From Takakia lepidozioides (Eukaryota > Plantae > Bryophyta): DNA of 64,000 bases. The stretch lies in assembly GCA_030704615.1 (NCBI GenBank), contig CM060734.1, forward strand, positions 28,458,001-28,522,000. Direction: 5' to 3'. The notes beneath the pieces were generated by a model. It was not told where the DNA came from. It made no database searches and saw only the letters and a list, made by a program, of their open reading frames with translations. Numbering within the stretch: position 1 is the first letter of the stretch; the number at the start of each line of letters is the position of its first letter. The translations under genes and the position numbers were made by a program. This document shows positions 13,421 through 26,404 of this stretch, piece after piece.

Positions 13421-14805
13421 GTCCAATGGGAGGGGCCTGGAGGGACCTTCTGAACTAGAGTGTGTGTCTACACACTCTCCATTCCCGAGGCAAACAACAC
13501 TATGCAATAAAAACAAGCCTCAAACAGCAAGGGGCTCTCTTGCTTTGCCAAAACATAAGGGGGAGGTGAGACTAAGGGGCATGACTGGGCACAACACACC
13601 AACCGGAGCCTTGAGAAGGTGGAAGGTCCTTTGACTTCAACATGATGCATACTCTCTCTTCTACAGAAGAGAGCCAACAAAACTCAGGGACTTGGCCAAA
13701 CATAGACTAAACCTCGAGAAATCCCTCTCACCTTTTTCAAGGGTCACATGTAAACATTTTTCAGCTATTAGACAAACCAAAAAGTACTGCTTGCATGCAT
13801 ATAGTGTGACCCAAATCATGGACGCCAGAAGCCTCATGAGTAAGTAATGAACTGCAAGAATCAGTTGGATTCAAGAGCTTTTCCCAAGGAGAATAACAAT
13901 CTAACAAAACAATGCAACATAAAATCATATACAAGAAACTGCCAACCGTGCAATTTGGCATACTGTTGGTGAACTTTACTGATCCTGCTCCACAAATATG
14001 GTCGGTTGTTTCTAAATGAGCCTCTTTTAGAGACAAACTTTTGAAGGAAGAGATAAATGGATGGATCGTTCCCTTGATCAAGACTTGATGTTCAAAAACC
14101 ATCCTATTCCACATCACCTTGCAGCAACCTATTTATACAGCTGTAGAGAAATCCAAGGTGTGCACCACACTAGCTTTACCAGTGGAAACCTTGCAACCAG
14201 CTGTGGCAGCTCCCACTGTCACTACTTCAATACACCAAAGCCCCCCGCGCCAAAGCTTTTCCACGCTTCTACACAAGGACCTGAGGCAATGCACTCAGCT
14301 TTCACCCAGTAGTCTCCTGTAACAGTAAGGTTCGCAAAGGAATGTAACCGAAGGATGGGGTGAATACAATCACTCCTCCTGTCTTGTCAGATCCCAGATA
14401 GTTCTCAAGCCTCCAACTGCAGGCACCAAAGGTGCCGGAAAAAACCAACAGAGGGCTCTGGGACCAGGTCTTGGTCCTGCACTCTCTACAATATGGACCC
14501 CGCAATCGACCCCGTGATATTTCCAAGCTGTAAATTCCTGAAGCTCTTGATTCACTCCAAGTGATGGCCATCAATCCTCATTTCGGGCTGACTCCCATCC
14601 CCCATCCCCATGTCTCATTGACACAACTGGCCACTGCCTCCTGGAAAAAAAAACTACGAGACTTATTGTGCACCATGCCTCATGCACTGCATACATATAA
14701 GCTCCCAGTTGGGGACTGGCAGTAACCAATATGCCACAGCAACAAGGGGACTTGATCACACCTAACATGATCCTCAAAAACAGCAATGCTCAGAGACCTC
14801 GTGAG

Positions 14806-16282
14806 CTAAAGAATTGTGCAGGCACACTTGTTGGTCTTGGAGGAGTCGGAGGGCTGTTTATCTGCCATGCCAAACACCACAACAACGCCCATGAGAAATG
14901 CACAATAATGCGCAATTATTAGACAGCCACTAAGCACCTTTGCAGTACAACAAAAGTGCATAGAAACATTTGAACAATGAAACTGCTCAACGAATACCCA
15001 GAGTTACCATAGGGAGCCACAGAGAACCGGCATACCCAGGCATAGAGTGAAACCAGGAAGTTTCTACAAAGAATTATCATTCATGGCAAAGAGTGCCTAC
15101 CTCAAAGACCTGAATGAGAAGAGATAACAGTTAGCAAGAGAGCTATGGGCCAAAGATATGGGGCACAGATGGAAAAGGGTACCACTAGCTTTGTCTGATG
15201 AGGGGGGCCGAACAACAACGTGCATAGTGATGATACCACCAGGAAGCTCGCCCACCTGTACTCTAGACTCAGCAAGCGTCCTGTTGTTCTCAAGAATTTT
15301 ACCCGCGTTTATCAACTTGATGTCATTAATTGTTTTTGGCCCTTTTTCTTTCTCTGCACCAAGAAGAAAAAAATTCATAAGATGGAACATGTGGCAAGCA
15401 TACACGTCTGACAAGTAATAAGGGTCAAGACATGAAATAAAGACTCAAATATTAAACAAGAAGTCTGCATGTCCATCCTGTTTTGTGTGACCCTGGGGGA
15501 AATCCCAATAAAAAGCAAGGCGAGTTATAAACGAAATAAGCTCCTGCATTCTCCAGATATTATGTGATCCCCTAACAGATAGCTGTATCGTTCATGAGTC
15601 ACTCAACTTTGTCAACCAATGTTTAGGAGCCCCAGTCAGAAGAGAAGAGGACTTAATGTAACATCATCATGTACTACTGCGATCTATTTTGTATTTTTCT
15701 CTTACCTACCCGACTCATAATTTTTAACTTGGTTGGTCCTTCTCTGCTCCCTACTGCCATCTCTTGGCCAAAAAATATGATTTTCAGTTGTGTAGCCAAC
15801 ATCAGAACAGATGACAGAAAGTAGGGAGGAAAATATATTAGATTCAGCCCTTCTAGCTTGGGAGGTGAGAAGAGAATTGAAGCTCACCTGTTGAGAGGTG
15901 GCCAATGCTAGAGAATTGAGTGATTGCACAGAGAGCGCAACTAGTCTTTTGTCAACAATCATGTTTGCAATAAAAAAGTAGAGAGGAACGTTCAGCCACA
16001 AGGCTGCTGCCAATTGAAGCGCGCCTATACAGATTTCTTCTGGCTTATTCGGGAGCAACCGAGCGTCGTGATCCAACAAGGGTTTGATTTACACAATCAC
16101 AAGCAGCACTCTCAGTGGAGAAGTATCAATAAGAACCTCCAAAATGGCCTACCTTGTGGCCATTGAGAAAGAATACTCTCTTTGAGGGTGGCAACCGTGG
16201 TAGCTGAGGCATACTTGTTGGGCCCTATGTCGGTGCCATCATACAACCGGAACTTGAGCTCCACGAGTTCCTCCCCAGCCAT
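14806..16282 (-). CDS. MUB: Membrane-anchored ubiquitin-fold protein, 118 aa; exons 16282-16153, 15353-15183, 14861-14806
   Basis: MAGEELVELKFRLYDGTDIGP...WPQ / KGPKTINDIKLINAGKILENNRTL...TMHVVVRP / ...KCACTIL* with a C-terminal CaaX box. GT-AG introns are in consistent phase. Confidence 0.93.
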
Positions 16283-16779
16283 CCCTCCTCAACCCGTTGT
16301 GATTGCCTCTTCAGTCTCTGTAGATCCCTAATACTCTGCTAGACTGTTTCCTTGTATGAAAACTCTTCTGAGGCCAGCCCACCTCTGTCTATTTGTCTTC
16401 TCTGAACTGGATCAATCGTCAAGCCCAAACACGAACATCTGCTTTCATTTGATTGATCCAGCCCAAACAAACCACATCTGCTTTTACCTGTTTAACCCAC
16501 AGGCTTTAACTGGCCTAACGCAGCTCCCATTTTCTGGGGTGCTGTATACTGGAGCATGTCTCTTCAACAGCCACTGCTCTATGGCTTTCCTCCTGACTGC
16601 TATCAATATACCATCCCTATGCATCCGATCGCAAAACATTAGATGATCAGTGCTACTCTGGCGACAGTTAACCCTAAACGATGATCCTGTTCTCCCTGAA
16701 ACCTTGACAGACTGCATGCTTCATATCCAAGCATGGAGGTTTTTACCTCCAAAACTTTGACCCTATGGTCTACAGGCTA

Positions 16780-18410
16780 AGCCTACAAGCTAAACTGTCA
16801 TAGGAAGAGAAATGAAACCGAATCAATATATCAATCGAGACCTTTGTTTGTTTGTTTGTTTTGTTTTGTTTTGTAGCGTTGAGATGTCCCGCGAGGCCTC
16901 GGCGCTGGTGCTTGGTACCATTGGAAAGCCCTCGAGGAGAAGGGGTGTACGGGCTTGGGCTCACGATTTTTGGACCTGCTGCGGTGTGGGAGATGTGGAA
17001 TTTCAAGTACTTTGGGTAGCTGGAAATTCACGAAAAATTGCAAAGTGGGAATTCTTGGGACAATGGTTGGAGCCTCGACAGGAGAGATATCAAGGGAAAG
17101 GTCTCCGGTTCAAATCTGGTCGTAGGCTCTGTGGAAAAAAAAATGATTAGATATGGCTTGCTTCATATATTGATGCACTCGGACTTAGATGACATTGGAC
17201 ACTTGGGCCAACGGTACTTAGAGACGGATACATAGAAGATTGCACTTGGGCTTAGATGGGACTCGACATAAGAGATGCACTGGGATACATAGGAAATTAC
17301 ACTTGGTCTTAGATTTCAATTCTTCACACATGGGCCAACAACACATACTACTTGGAGGTCGCATTTGGGCCTCGACATGGGAGACGTTTGGATACATAGG
17401 AGATTGCACTTGGGCTTAAATGACAGTGGACACTTGAGGCAATGATTGGCCCTTGATGGAGATTTCGAATTTCAAGTACTTTTGGTCGCTGGAAATTCGC
17501 GAAAAATAGCAAAGTGGAATGATATATCGATATATGAAGCCTCGATAGGAGAGATTGCGAAAATAGCAAAGTGGGCTTTGGGATTGCACTTGGACTTAGG
17601 TGACATTGGACACTGGAGGTCGCACTTGGGCCTCTACACGGGAGACGCACATGGATACATAGGAGATTGCACTTGGGCTTAGATTTCAATTCTTCACACA
17701 TGGGCCAATGACACAGATTTCCCAAACAGTGGGGTCTCTGGATACATAGGGGATTGCACTTGGATATAGATGAAACTGGACACTTGGGCCAACGGCACAG
17801 GCTACTCTAGAGGTCGCACTTGGGCCTCAACATAGGAGACATGCTAGGATACATAGAAGATCTTACACTTGGACTTAGATGCCAGTGGACAGTTGGGCCA
17901 ACGACACGGGCTACCCTAGTCAATCTATGAAGCGAGATGTTTGTTTTGTTTTGTTTTGTTTTGTCACGTTGAGATGTCCCAAACCGCAAGGCCCAGCCCT
18001 GGTGCTTGGTACCATTGGAAAACCCTCGACGATGAGGGGTGCACGGGCTTGGTCTCATGAATTTCGGACCTGCGGTGTGAGAGATGTGGAATTCCAAGTG
18101 CTTTTGGTCGCTGGAAATTCACAAAAAATAGCAAAAATGGCAAAGTGGGCATTCCTGGGTCAATGGTTGGAGCCTCGATGGGAGAGATATCAAAGGAAAG
18201 GTCTCGGGTTCAAATCTGGTCGTAGGCTCTGTGGGAAAAAAATGCATTTGGACTTAGATGACATTGGACCCTTGGGCCAACGGCAAAGGCTACCCTAGAG
18301 GTTGCACTTGAGCCTCGACATAGGAGAGGCACTTGCATACATAGGAGATTGCACTTGGGCTTAGATGACACTTGACACTTGGGCCAATGGCACAGGCTAC
18401 CCTAGTGGTG
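16780..18410. repeat. Composite interspersed repeat of unknown class: two ~290-bp units plus many CACTTGGGC(T/C) subrepeats
   Basis: The unit (TTTTG)n...GGTACCATTGGAAA.CCCTCGA...AAATCTGGTCGTAGGCTCTGTGG occurs at ~16845-17140 and ~17940-18243. GATTGCACTTGG(G/A)CTTAG-like motifs are repeated around ten times. Confidence 0.7.
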
Positions 18411-19706
18411 CTTTATAAGAGAGAAAGTCTCCCAGTTAAATTCACCATCTAGGGTGAACAATTATGGCATCAGAACTTTACACACCCATCTGACTTTTAT
18501 CGGTATGGGGTTTTGTGTGCACTGCTGCCTATCCCCCTTCCTTACCTTTTCTACAATGGGTCTTCTTCCGAAAAAAAGGATGAACTGCACACACCACCTA
18601 AACATGCAGCTCTGACAAATTTCTCCCAACATTCCCACCAGAGTTTCGGGTCCACCTACATCTGAAGGTTTCTGCTGCTCAGCCCCCAAAGAAAAACGGG
18701 TGCATGGCAGAGTCAAAATTACCAGATGGGCTTAGTGTGGGCTACCCAATTTTGAATCAAAACACACTGAAACAAGTGTGATGGATTGTCACTGACAGGA
18801 AGGTACGTGGGCAGTACAAGCTGACAGAAAATAACAGTCTCTCCACTTGTGATTAGAGCCAAGTTAAAGCTTGAGGTGCCCACACATCACTCTTGATACC
18901 CAAAGCTAAGCAACTTGTCCACTGATAAGATGGGCATGAATTTTTGTTGGTACATGAAGTTATTCAGACATGAAGTGACAATGACTTTCGGTTTTGCGTG
19001 ATCAGCTTCAGGCTGTAGGTTGGATGCATGATTCAGCTGATGAAAATCCCAATACAAGGCTCCACGAAGGATCCTTTCAAATAAGTTTAATCACTCATCT
19101 GTTACAATTACTGGCTGCCACCACCTACACTAGCTTGTTATTGTTTCCAGTGACATCCTACAATGTCCTAATGTTGGGTGGTTTAGCAGTTTTGGCCTTC
19201 CAATGTCAGGGCTTCACAAATTGACAACTCACTATCATCACCCAGAATTCAATCTCCCACTTGCTTGCCAAAATTTTCCTAGTGCCTTCCAGCTTTCTAA
19301 CCTTGCAAAAACTGAAATGAACATGTAATGTTTGTCATATGAATCAATGATAGTAGTCAATTAATTACAAGTCTGTACAGTTTTTAGAGAATCCCCCACT
19401 GCCCGTCCACTTGTTCCTATGCAACAATTGGACGTCACCTTGAAAACCATTCTCACCGTTTAATCTTCCGAGGAAGAGACTTCTGCTGCCTGAAAAGGAG
19501 GTGGTCCATGAGATACCCTATTAGAGTTTATAATACGTACCCCACCAGTCAAACAAAATTGAACAAGCCTACCAATGAGCAGTGTACAACTGACTGGAGC
19601 TTTCCCAATAAGGCCCTCTCTTCCAAATCATTATACAAACCATAACACAGACTTTAAAGAAAAGGGAGCCCGCCGCAAAGGGGGCTTAAAAAAGTCACAG
19701 TTGAAG

Positions 19707-21359
19707 TTACTGTGGTCGCTGATTTGGGCCCCGTCTTTGAAGGACAAATGTGCCAATCACAATCGCAACCCCTGTTATTGCAAATGTGAAAAGAAGTTTA
19801 TGCCTGGACGTAGGAGGGGGAGGTGTCCTGGAGGGTGCTGGTCGGCGCGGAGCTTCCATATATGCAGGGCTAGGGGTTCGAGGGATATATTCCCTGCACA
19901 CAAACACACCATGACCTCAGCAATATAGACTACTCACAGAACTCAGATTAGCTTCCTTTTTGTTGGTTTTGAATAAGTCTCTAGCTTTTGCACATCTTCA
20001 CCCAAAAGAGTTTGCCAGTCTTGTCCTACATTTGGCTTCAGTCAGTAACCACAGTTCTGACTATGTCTGTCTGCCTTTCTCTCTTGCTCGCTGTCTGCGC
20101 TTTGTTATCTAGCTTGCTTTTCTCTCCCCTAAGTTCGCCCATTTGATTGTTTCCAATCTTGTGTGGAGCACTCAGGAGACGATAGGACAGACCTTGAGGA
20201 TGCCTCAGAATTTTCAGCATGAAACTGAAGGTCATGCACGATCTTTTCCCGAAGCCTTACATACTTGCCACATGGTATGCACATCTCTGTTCGGCTCCCA
20301 CAAAGATCCTGCTCTTGTAGGTCACAAGTCCCACTGTGAGTTGATTTAATTCACCTTCTCTGATAGAACAGTTAGATATGTAGATCTTAGGCAAGACAAA
20401 ACTTCCAATGTCAGTCATTGAACACAACCTGGGACAGTAGCCATCCGTGCACTTGTGGATCCACAGCCAGAAACACATCTAACTGCTTCTAGTCTGCCTA
20501 AAGCTAAGGGAAAGAAAACTGTACTGATAAGAGGTTATTTGCCGCAGCCTTGTGGCCATAGACCCCCCTAAAGTTAAAGAATTGAGGAATGGGAATGGAC
20601 GTACCGAATGGGTATGCAAGTCAGCTGCTGGGACTGGGAACTCGCAGTAGACACAGGCAAGCATGCGCTGTGGACATTTTTCATGCTCATGGATATAAAG
20701 CAATTCCCGGTCTATTCCAGCCCCACATAAAGGGCACTTCATCTAGAAATCCAACAAGTGGAATGGAAAGAGTTATCTCTTACAGAATTATTACTATTTT
20801 GAGATAAAATCACATCCAATTGGACCTTTGCTACACCATTGATTCACCTGCACTAAGGGTGTCACAAAAGTTGAAACCTGAGCAGTAAGAACATGATAAA
20901 CAGCCAGTTCCAAAGTGATGACCCTTGGCCTCATTGGAAACAACCACTGATTTCCAACACTAAGGCCATTAGGGTCGCACTTGCACATAATCTCAATCAA
21001 TTATAATCTACTCGACTAAGCGCAGGCTGTCTATTATCAAAGTCAAGGTGAAGTCAACAGGGTGCATCAGACAGAGGGTTTCATATCCATGATAGGTGAA
21101 TATTGTGCAGAAAAAAACTTGCATAAAATGTAGTACCTCCTTCGTTGACGTGAAGTCTTATCTGCTGGTAGTTTTTCTTAATCTTAACTAGACTAACTTG
21201 AAAACAAACCAGACCTTAGTATGCAGGCACACCATACACAGCAATCAGACCCATCTTCACTTCAACAGACAGAGACACACTCAGAGAGAGAGAGAATGTA
21301 CTCATGTTTGCCGTAGCCTTGTGGCCAAGAACCCCGCGTTCAGTTTGAGCGGAGTTTGA

Positions 21360-21401
<42 letters not shown>

Positions 21402-22794
21402 GGGAAGGAATAGAAACTAACTGGCGCATGGAACTCATTGTAATGCTCATCTGCACGTGAGCGGGCCACCATTTCCCCACATACATTGCATCGCTGTAAG
21501 TTGCGTTTGCAATGAGCAAAGTGCAAATCAAAATTAGCCACTGGCACATCTCTGTCACTGCCATCAAAATCACTGCCTCAGTACAGGGTACAAGCTAATT
21601 GAAGTGGCTTCTGCAACCCAATGTATTACTTCACCAGGAGAAGAGTATGTTATGTCATCCCATTTTGGGAAATAGCCTGAATCAACCATCCAATGCTTAT
21701 CTTCAAACATACAGTTTGTCAGATCGCCTCTTAAGCACAGACTGTTAACCTAAAATCATCATGAAGAACAAATCATGTTTCAAGCAAAGTGGGAGATCAT
21801 TTGCTCAGGTCAACAAAGAGAAGAGATAAAATGGTGCAGGCACGAATACGTCACAGAGATTCAATCAGTAGGAAGGCATTAAATTTTTCAAAGATCTATT
21901 GAGAAATTTACCGCCTTCAGCTTTCCGACAGAGTAACCTTTCCCATTAAAGAGATGCCCAGCTCTGCCAATGAAGATGTGGCATACTGTATATCTCAAAG
22001 AGGTCATTTTGTATCTGTACCACCATCTCCTAGTTGGGATCCAAAAGGGTAGATTTCGTTTGAGATCCAGAGAAAGGAACTGGGATTGATAAACCTCCAC
22101 TTAGTAGACTATCCCCTGCTCTTTTTACCCCTCTGTTAACATGAACTACACGATTACAGACTTTAGGGTAAAAGAACATTAGCAATGCGCATCTCTGCTA
22201 CCTACAGCAGATTGTGATCGAAGAAGCACATGAATCGCATGTGCACTGCATACAATCTATGGGCACATTGTGAACTCAACCCATGAAAACGGTGACCCAC
22301 TGATGAGGGAGGAGGAAATTGAAATAAACAAGGAACCTTATCACAGATATACCGGCTTCTGACTTGTAAATGTAGCCAAAGTCCAAGACATGATATTTAT
22401 TTCTAGATCTTGTCCTCGGACGGAGGATTGATTCATTCAATGAAGTATTAAAGATCTTAATTAAAGAACTGCCAATCGAATGCATATCCTGCGTAAATGC
22501 TTCGCAAATTTGCCAAAAAAGGTCAACCCGCTAGATTCTTGAGTGTAAGGCCATCGTATCTGACCTCTAGACAACAGGAAACTCTGTGGTTTGACATTCA
22601 AGAACCTCTATGTTCTCTTAACGATCAGAGTCAACGAAAAGGAAGGTAGGCATGAGGATATATACAGGGACTGCAAATAAGAACGTGTCCAAGAGAGGAT
22701 GATCCAGCGAAAACGTACAGAAGAACAGGAGCAAGCACACCCACCAATGCGAGCAGAAAGCCGATGAAGAGCTGTTCCCGTTCATAGCAGCCAT
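19707..22794 (-). CDS. TRAF-type/XAF1-like zinc-finger protein with C-terminal membrane anchor; exons 22794-22745, 21557-21422, 20742-20605, 20308-20193, 19893-19707
   Basis: CSHC..DVPVANFDLHFAHCKRNLQRCNVCGEM; KCPLCG...HEKCPQRMLACVYCEFP; CGSRTEMCIPCGKYVRLRE; hydrophobic tail LLFTFAITGVAIVIGTFV. Splice sites are in phase. Confidence 0.88.
21362..21392. repeat. (AG)n microsatellite in an intron
   Basis: Run of about 15 AG units. Confidence 0.9.
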
Positions 22795-22959
22795 GCCTAC
22801 TTCTCCCTCACCGGAACACGCTCCGAATCAGTTCGATGCCGCCCAGTTCGACGACTCCTTCCACACAATCACGGGACCCAACACCCGAGACAGTGAGATC
22901 AAGCAAGCGTCTCGTTTCTTCTTCGTCTCCTTCTTCTTACCCGCGCAGAAGCAGAGAGA

Positions 22960-23060
22960 ATGGTACGCGATTTCGCACACGTGGCGCCCAGTAGTTGGTG
23001 CAAACTTGAAGCCCAAGTGCGGCCGCCCGCCCGCCTTCTTCAACTTGCAGCGCCCACTCC
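22960..23060. promoter_or_regulatory. Probable bidirectional promoter between the ZnF gene and the PPR-DYW gene
   Basis: GC-rich segment between head-to-head genes, with a G-box CACGTG at 22978-22983 and GCCCA site-II-like motifs. Confidence 0.35.
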
Positions 23061-23848
23061 GTTGACCAGATCCTGTTTGGATGCTTGCAGATTGACCCTT
23101 ACGCATCCCTGTCGTTGCGGATCCGTGGAATTGCGTTTGAGGAATTCTGCAGGAATGATAACATACTACCCCTTGGAGTTTCAAATTGTGCCCTTCATTG
23201 ACTGATGCACCGAGTTTCCGAAGAATGTATACACACAGGAAGCAATAAAGACAGGATTGAATTCTCTAACGGTTTTCAGGTTCGAACCTGCTGTGAATTT
23301 TTTTTTAGATGTGGACTTGCGATATGAATTCAGGCCACATTTCAAGCCAGAATACACCTCCCCATGGACATCTGGGGACTGGTAGGCCCAGCTTCTGTGC
23401 AGGAACAAGAAAAGTTGTGGGCAGATTGCGTATGCCGGTTTCCCGTACACAGACAAGCAAGGTAGGTTTGGAAGCGCGTCTAGAGAATGGTTCGCAAACC
23501 TATAAAGTTCGGGTATGAAGAAGCCATCAAATTCAAGCAGAGATCCAGCTCAAGGCAGGAAAATCCCAATTATCTTCGGGGACTTGTGAGCATGAAGCGA
23601 TGAGAACTCTCCACACAGAACAGTTTTAGTTCAAGAACGGGAAGCTGGTATCTTGTCTCGGTGTATACCAATGGGCTTCCAAGGACGAATCTGGAGTGTT
23701 GGGTATGCACTACTCCCATCTCTCTCTGCCGCAGTCGTTTAACAGAATGATGAGTACGGTGCTAAGTGATTATGGAATCAGCCGGACCCAGTAAAGATAT
23801 GTTCGCCTACAGCATTTGCGTTTATCTTTTGGATGTTGATTCTGCAGA

Positions 23849-26404
23849 GTGGTGGGGTTTCGAATCTGGAGCAAGACGCAGCGGTCTACTAGGCAAGGTA
23901 CCCCTGCTGCCATGTCCACCGTCACCATACCTTTTGATGGAGGCGGAAGACAAACACCAAGGCGTATTGGAGGAAACAGGCAGATTGTTCGAACTATCGG
24001 GGATGTATGCAAGGAGGGGCGATGGAATGAAGCAATGCGCATTCTGGATTCGATGGAACAACGAGGCTTTGGACCATATTCTGGGACCTGTGGCTATCTC
24101 TTGCAGGAGTGTGCTATGACGAAAGCCCTAGCAGGTGGTAAGGGGATCCATGCCCACATAATCAAATCTGGATTTAAGCCAGATATTTTCTTAGGAAACA
24201 GTCTTGTCAGCATGTATGTGAAGTGCGGGAGTGTTATGGATGCGCGTGAAGTTTTTGACAAAATGCCTAAGCGAGATGTGATCTCGTGGAACGCGATGAT
24301 CTCAGGATTAATTCAGGTAGGACATGCTATGGAGGCATTCAAACTCTATCATCAGATGCAAGACGAAGGCCTGAAGCCAAACAAGATCACGTTCGTTAGC
24401 ATCCTAAATGCATGTTCCAGCCCTGTAGCCTTGGAACAAGGCAAGAGGGTCCATGCACATATTGTCAAATCTGGATTCAAACCAGACATTTTCTTAGGAA
24501 ACAACCTTGTCAACATGTATGTGAAGTGCAGAAGTGTTGTGGATGCACTTCAAGTGTTTGACAAAATGACTGAGCGAGATGTGATCTCATGGAACACAAT
24601 GATTTCAGGATTAGTTCAGCTAGGGCGTTGTGAAGAGGCATTTGACTGTTTTCTGCAGATGCAAGGGGAAGGCCTGGAGCCCAACGAGATCACCTTCATG
24701 AGCATCCTGAACGCGTGCATGAGCCCTGGATCCCTCAACAAGGGCCAGCAACTCCATGCAGACATCATGAGAGCTGGATTTGAGTCAGATATCCGAGTGG
24801 GAACTGCCCTTGTGAGCATGTACTGCAACTGTGGGAGCGTCATGGACGGGCGCCGAGTGTTCTTGAAAATGCCTGAACGGACTGTTATCTCATGGAATGC
24901 GATGATTGCAGGACTTGCTCAGCATGGTCATGGTGAGGTGGCTTTTGAATTCTTTCAGCAAATGCAAACAGAAGGCATCAAGGCAAACACAGTTACTTAC
25001 ATTAGCATCCTGAATACTTGCGCCAGCCCGACAACTTTGGAACGGGGCAAATTGCTTCATGTGGGCATCATCAAGGCTGGGTTCGAGGCAGATATCTCTG
25101 TGGGGAATTCCCTTGTCAGCATGTATTGCAAGTGTGGGAGTCTGGTGGATGCGCGCCATGTTTTTGAGAACATGCCTAAGCGCGATACGGTCTCATGGAA
25201 TGTGATAATCGGGGGATCTGCCCAGTATGGCGATATTGAGGAGTCTTTTGAACTTTTCCGGCAAATGCAACAAGAAGGAGTGAAGGCTGATAATTTCACC
25301 TTCACTAGCATCCTCAACACATGCGCCAGCATATCAGCCCTGGAAGAGGGCCGGTTGGTTCATGCCCTCATTATAAACTCTGAAGCTGAGTCAGATATCT
25401 GCGTGGGGAATGCCCTTCTCGACATGTATGCCAAGTGTGGGAGTGTGGAGGATGCACGGCAAGCTTTTGGCAAAATTGTCAAACAAGATGTAATCTCATG
25501 GAATGCAATGATTTTAGGATATGCCCAGCATGGGCATGGTAAGGAGGCCCTCCAACTCTTTGAACAAATGGGGGTGAAGCCAAACACTGTCACATTTATC
25601 GGTGTCCTCTCTGCATGCAGCCATGCAGGCTTAGTGGATGAAGGCCATCATTACTTTCTCTCTATGAGTGAAGATCACTGCATCACACCAATAGAAAAGC
25701 ACTATGGCTGCATGGTTGACCTGCTTGGCCGCGCAGGCCGCTTGGATGATGCAGAGGACCTCATCAAAAAAATGCCATTTGAACCTGGTGCTCCAGTATG
25801 GCGCGCATTGCTCGGTGCCTGCAGAATCCATACAAATGTTGAGCTAGCAGAACGCGCTGCAGATAGTATTGTCAAGTTTGAACCACAATATTCTTCAGTT
25901 TATGTGCTTCTTTCAAACATATATGCTGCAGCTGGCAGGTGGGATGCTGTTGCAAATGTGAGGAACTTGATGGTTGACAGACATGTGAAAAAGGAGCCAG
26001 GGCGCAGCTGGATTGAGGTCAATAACAAGGTACATGCATTCACGGCAGAAGATAGATCACATCCACAGACCCAGAAGATCTATGCTGAATTGGAGAGATT
26101 GACTAAGCAAATGAAGGAAGCAGGATATGTGCCTGACATGCGCTTTGCATTGAACGATGTGGATCAGCAGCAGAAAGAAAAGGCTCTCTGCTACCACAGC
26201 GAAAAACTGGCCATTGCCTTTGGGCTCATTAATACCCCCTCTGGAACATCGGTACACATTTTTAAGAACCTTCGAGTGTGTGGAGATTGCCACACTGCCA
26301 CAAAGTTCATCTCCAAGATTGTCGGCCGAGACATTGTCGCAAGGGACGCCATCCGCTTTCATCACTTCAAGAATGGGGTGTGTTCTTGTGGGGATTACTG
26401 GTGA
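23849..26404 (+). CDS. PLS-class PPR protein with E/E+ and complete DYW deaminase domain (organellar C-to-U editing factor); true start uncertain (first in-frame ATG at 23912, or an upstream exon)
   Basis: Uninterrupted 851-codon ORF with P-L-S triplets, the PG box KKEPGRSWIEV, HSEKLA, CGDCH and terminal DYW*. Confidence 0.95.
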   Translation: MVGFRIWSKTQRSTRQGTPAAMSTVTIPFDGGGRQTPRRIGGNRQIVRTIGDVCKEGRWNEAMRILDSMEQRGFGPYSGTCGYLLQECAMTKALAGGKGIHAHIIKSGFKPDIFLGNSLVSMYVKCGSVMDAREVFDKMPKRDVISWNAMISGLIQVGHAMEAFKLYHQMQDEGLKPNKITFVSILNACSSPVALEQGKRVHAHIVKSGFKPDIFLGNNLVNMYVKCRSVVDALQVFDKMTERDVISWNTMISGLVQLGRCEEAFDCFLQMQGEGLEPNEITFMSILNACMSPGSLNKGQQLHADIMRAGFESDIRVGTALVSMYCNCGSVMDGRRVFLKMPERTVISWNAMIAGLAQHGHGEVAFEFFQQMQTEGIKANTVTYISILNTCASPTTLERGKLLHVGIIKAGFEADISVGNSLVSMYCKCGSLVDARHVFENMPKRDTVSWNVIIGGSAQYGDIEESFELFRQMQQEGVKADNFTFTSILNTCASISALEEGRLVHALIINSEAESDICVGNALLDMYAKCGSVEDARQAFGKIVKQDVISWNAMILGYAQHGHGKEALQLFEQMGVKPNTVTFIGVLSACSHAGLVDEGHHYFLSMSEDHCITPIEKHYGCMVDLLGRAGRLDDAEDLIKKMPFEPGAPVWRALLGACRIHTNVELAERAADSIVKFEPQYSSVYVLLSNIYAAAGRWDAVANVRNLMVDRHVKKEPGRSWIEVNNKVHAFTAEDRSHPQTQKIYAELERLTKQMKEAGYVPDMRFALNDVDQQQKEKALCYHSEKLAIAFGLINTPSGTSVHIFKNLRVCGDCHTATKFISKIVGRDIVARDAIRFHHFKNGVCSCGDYW

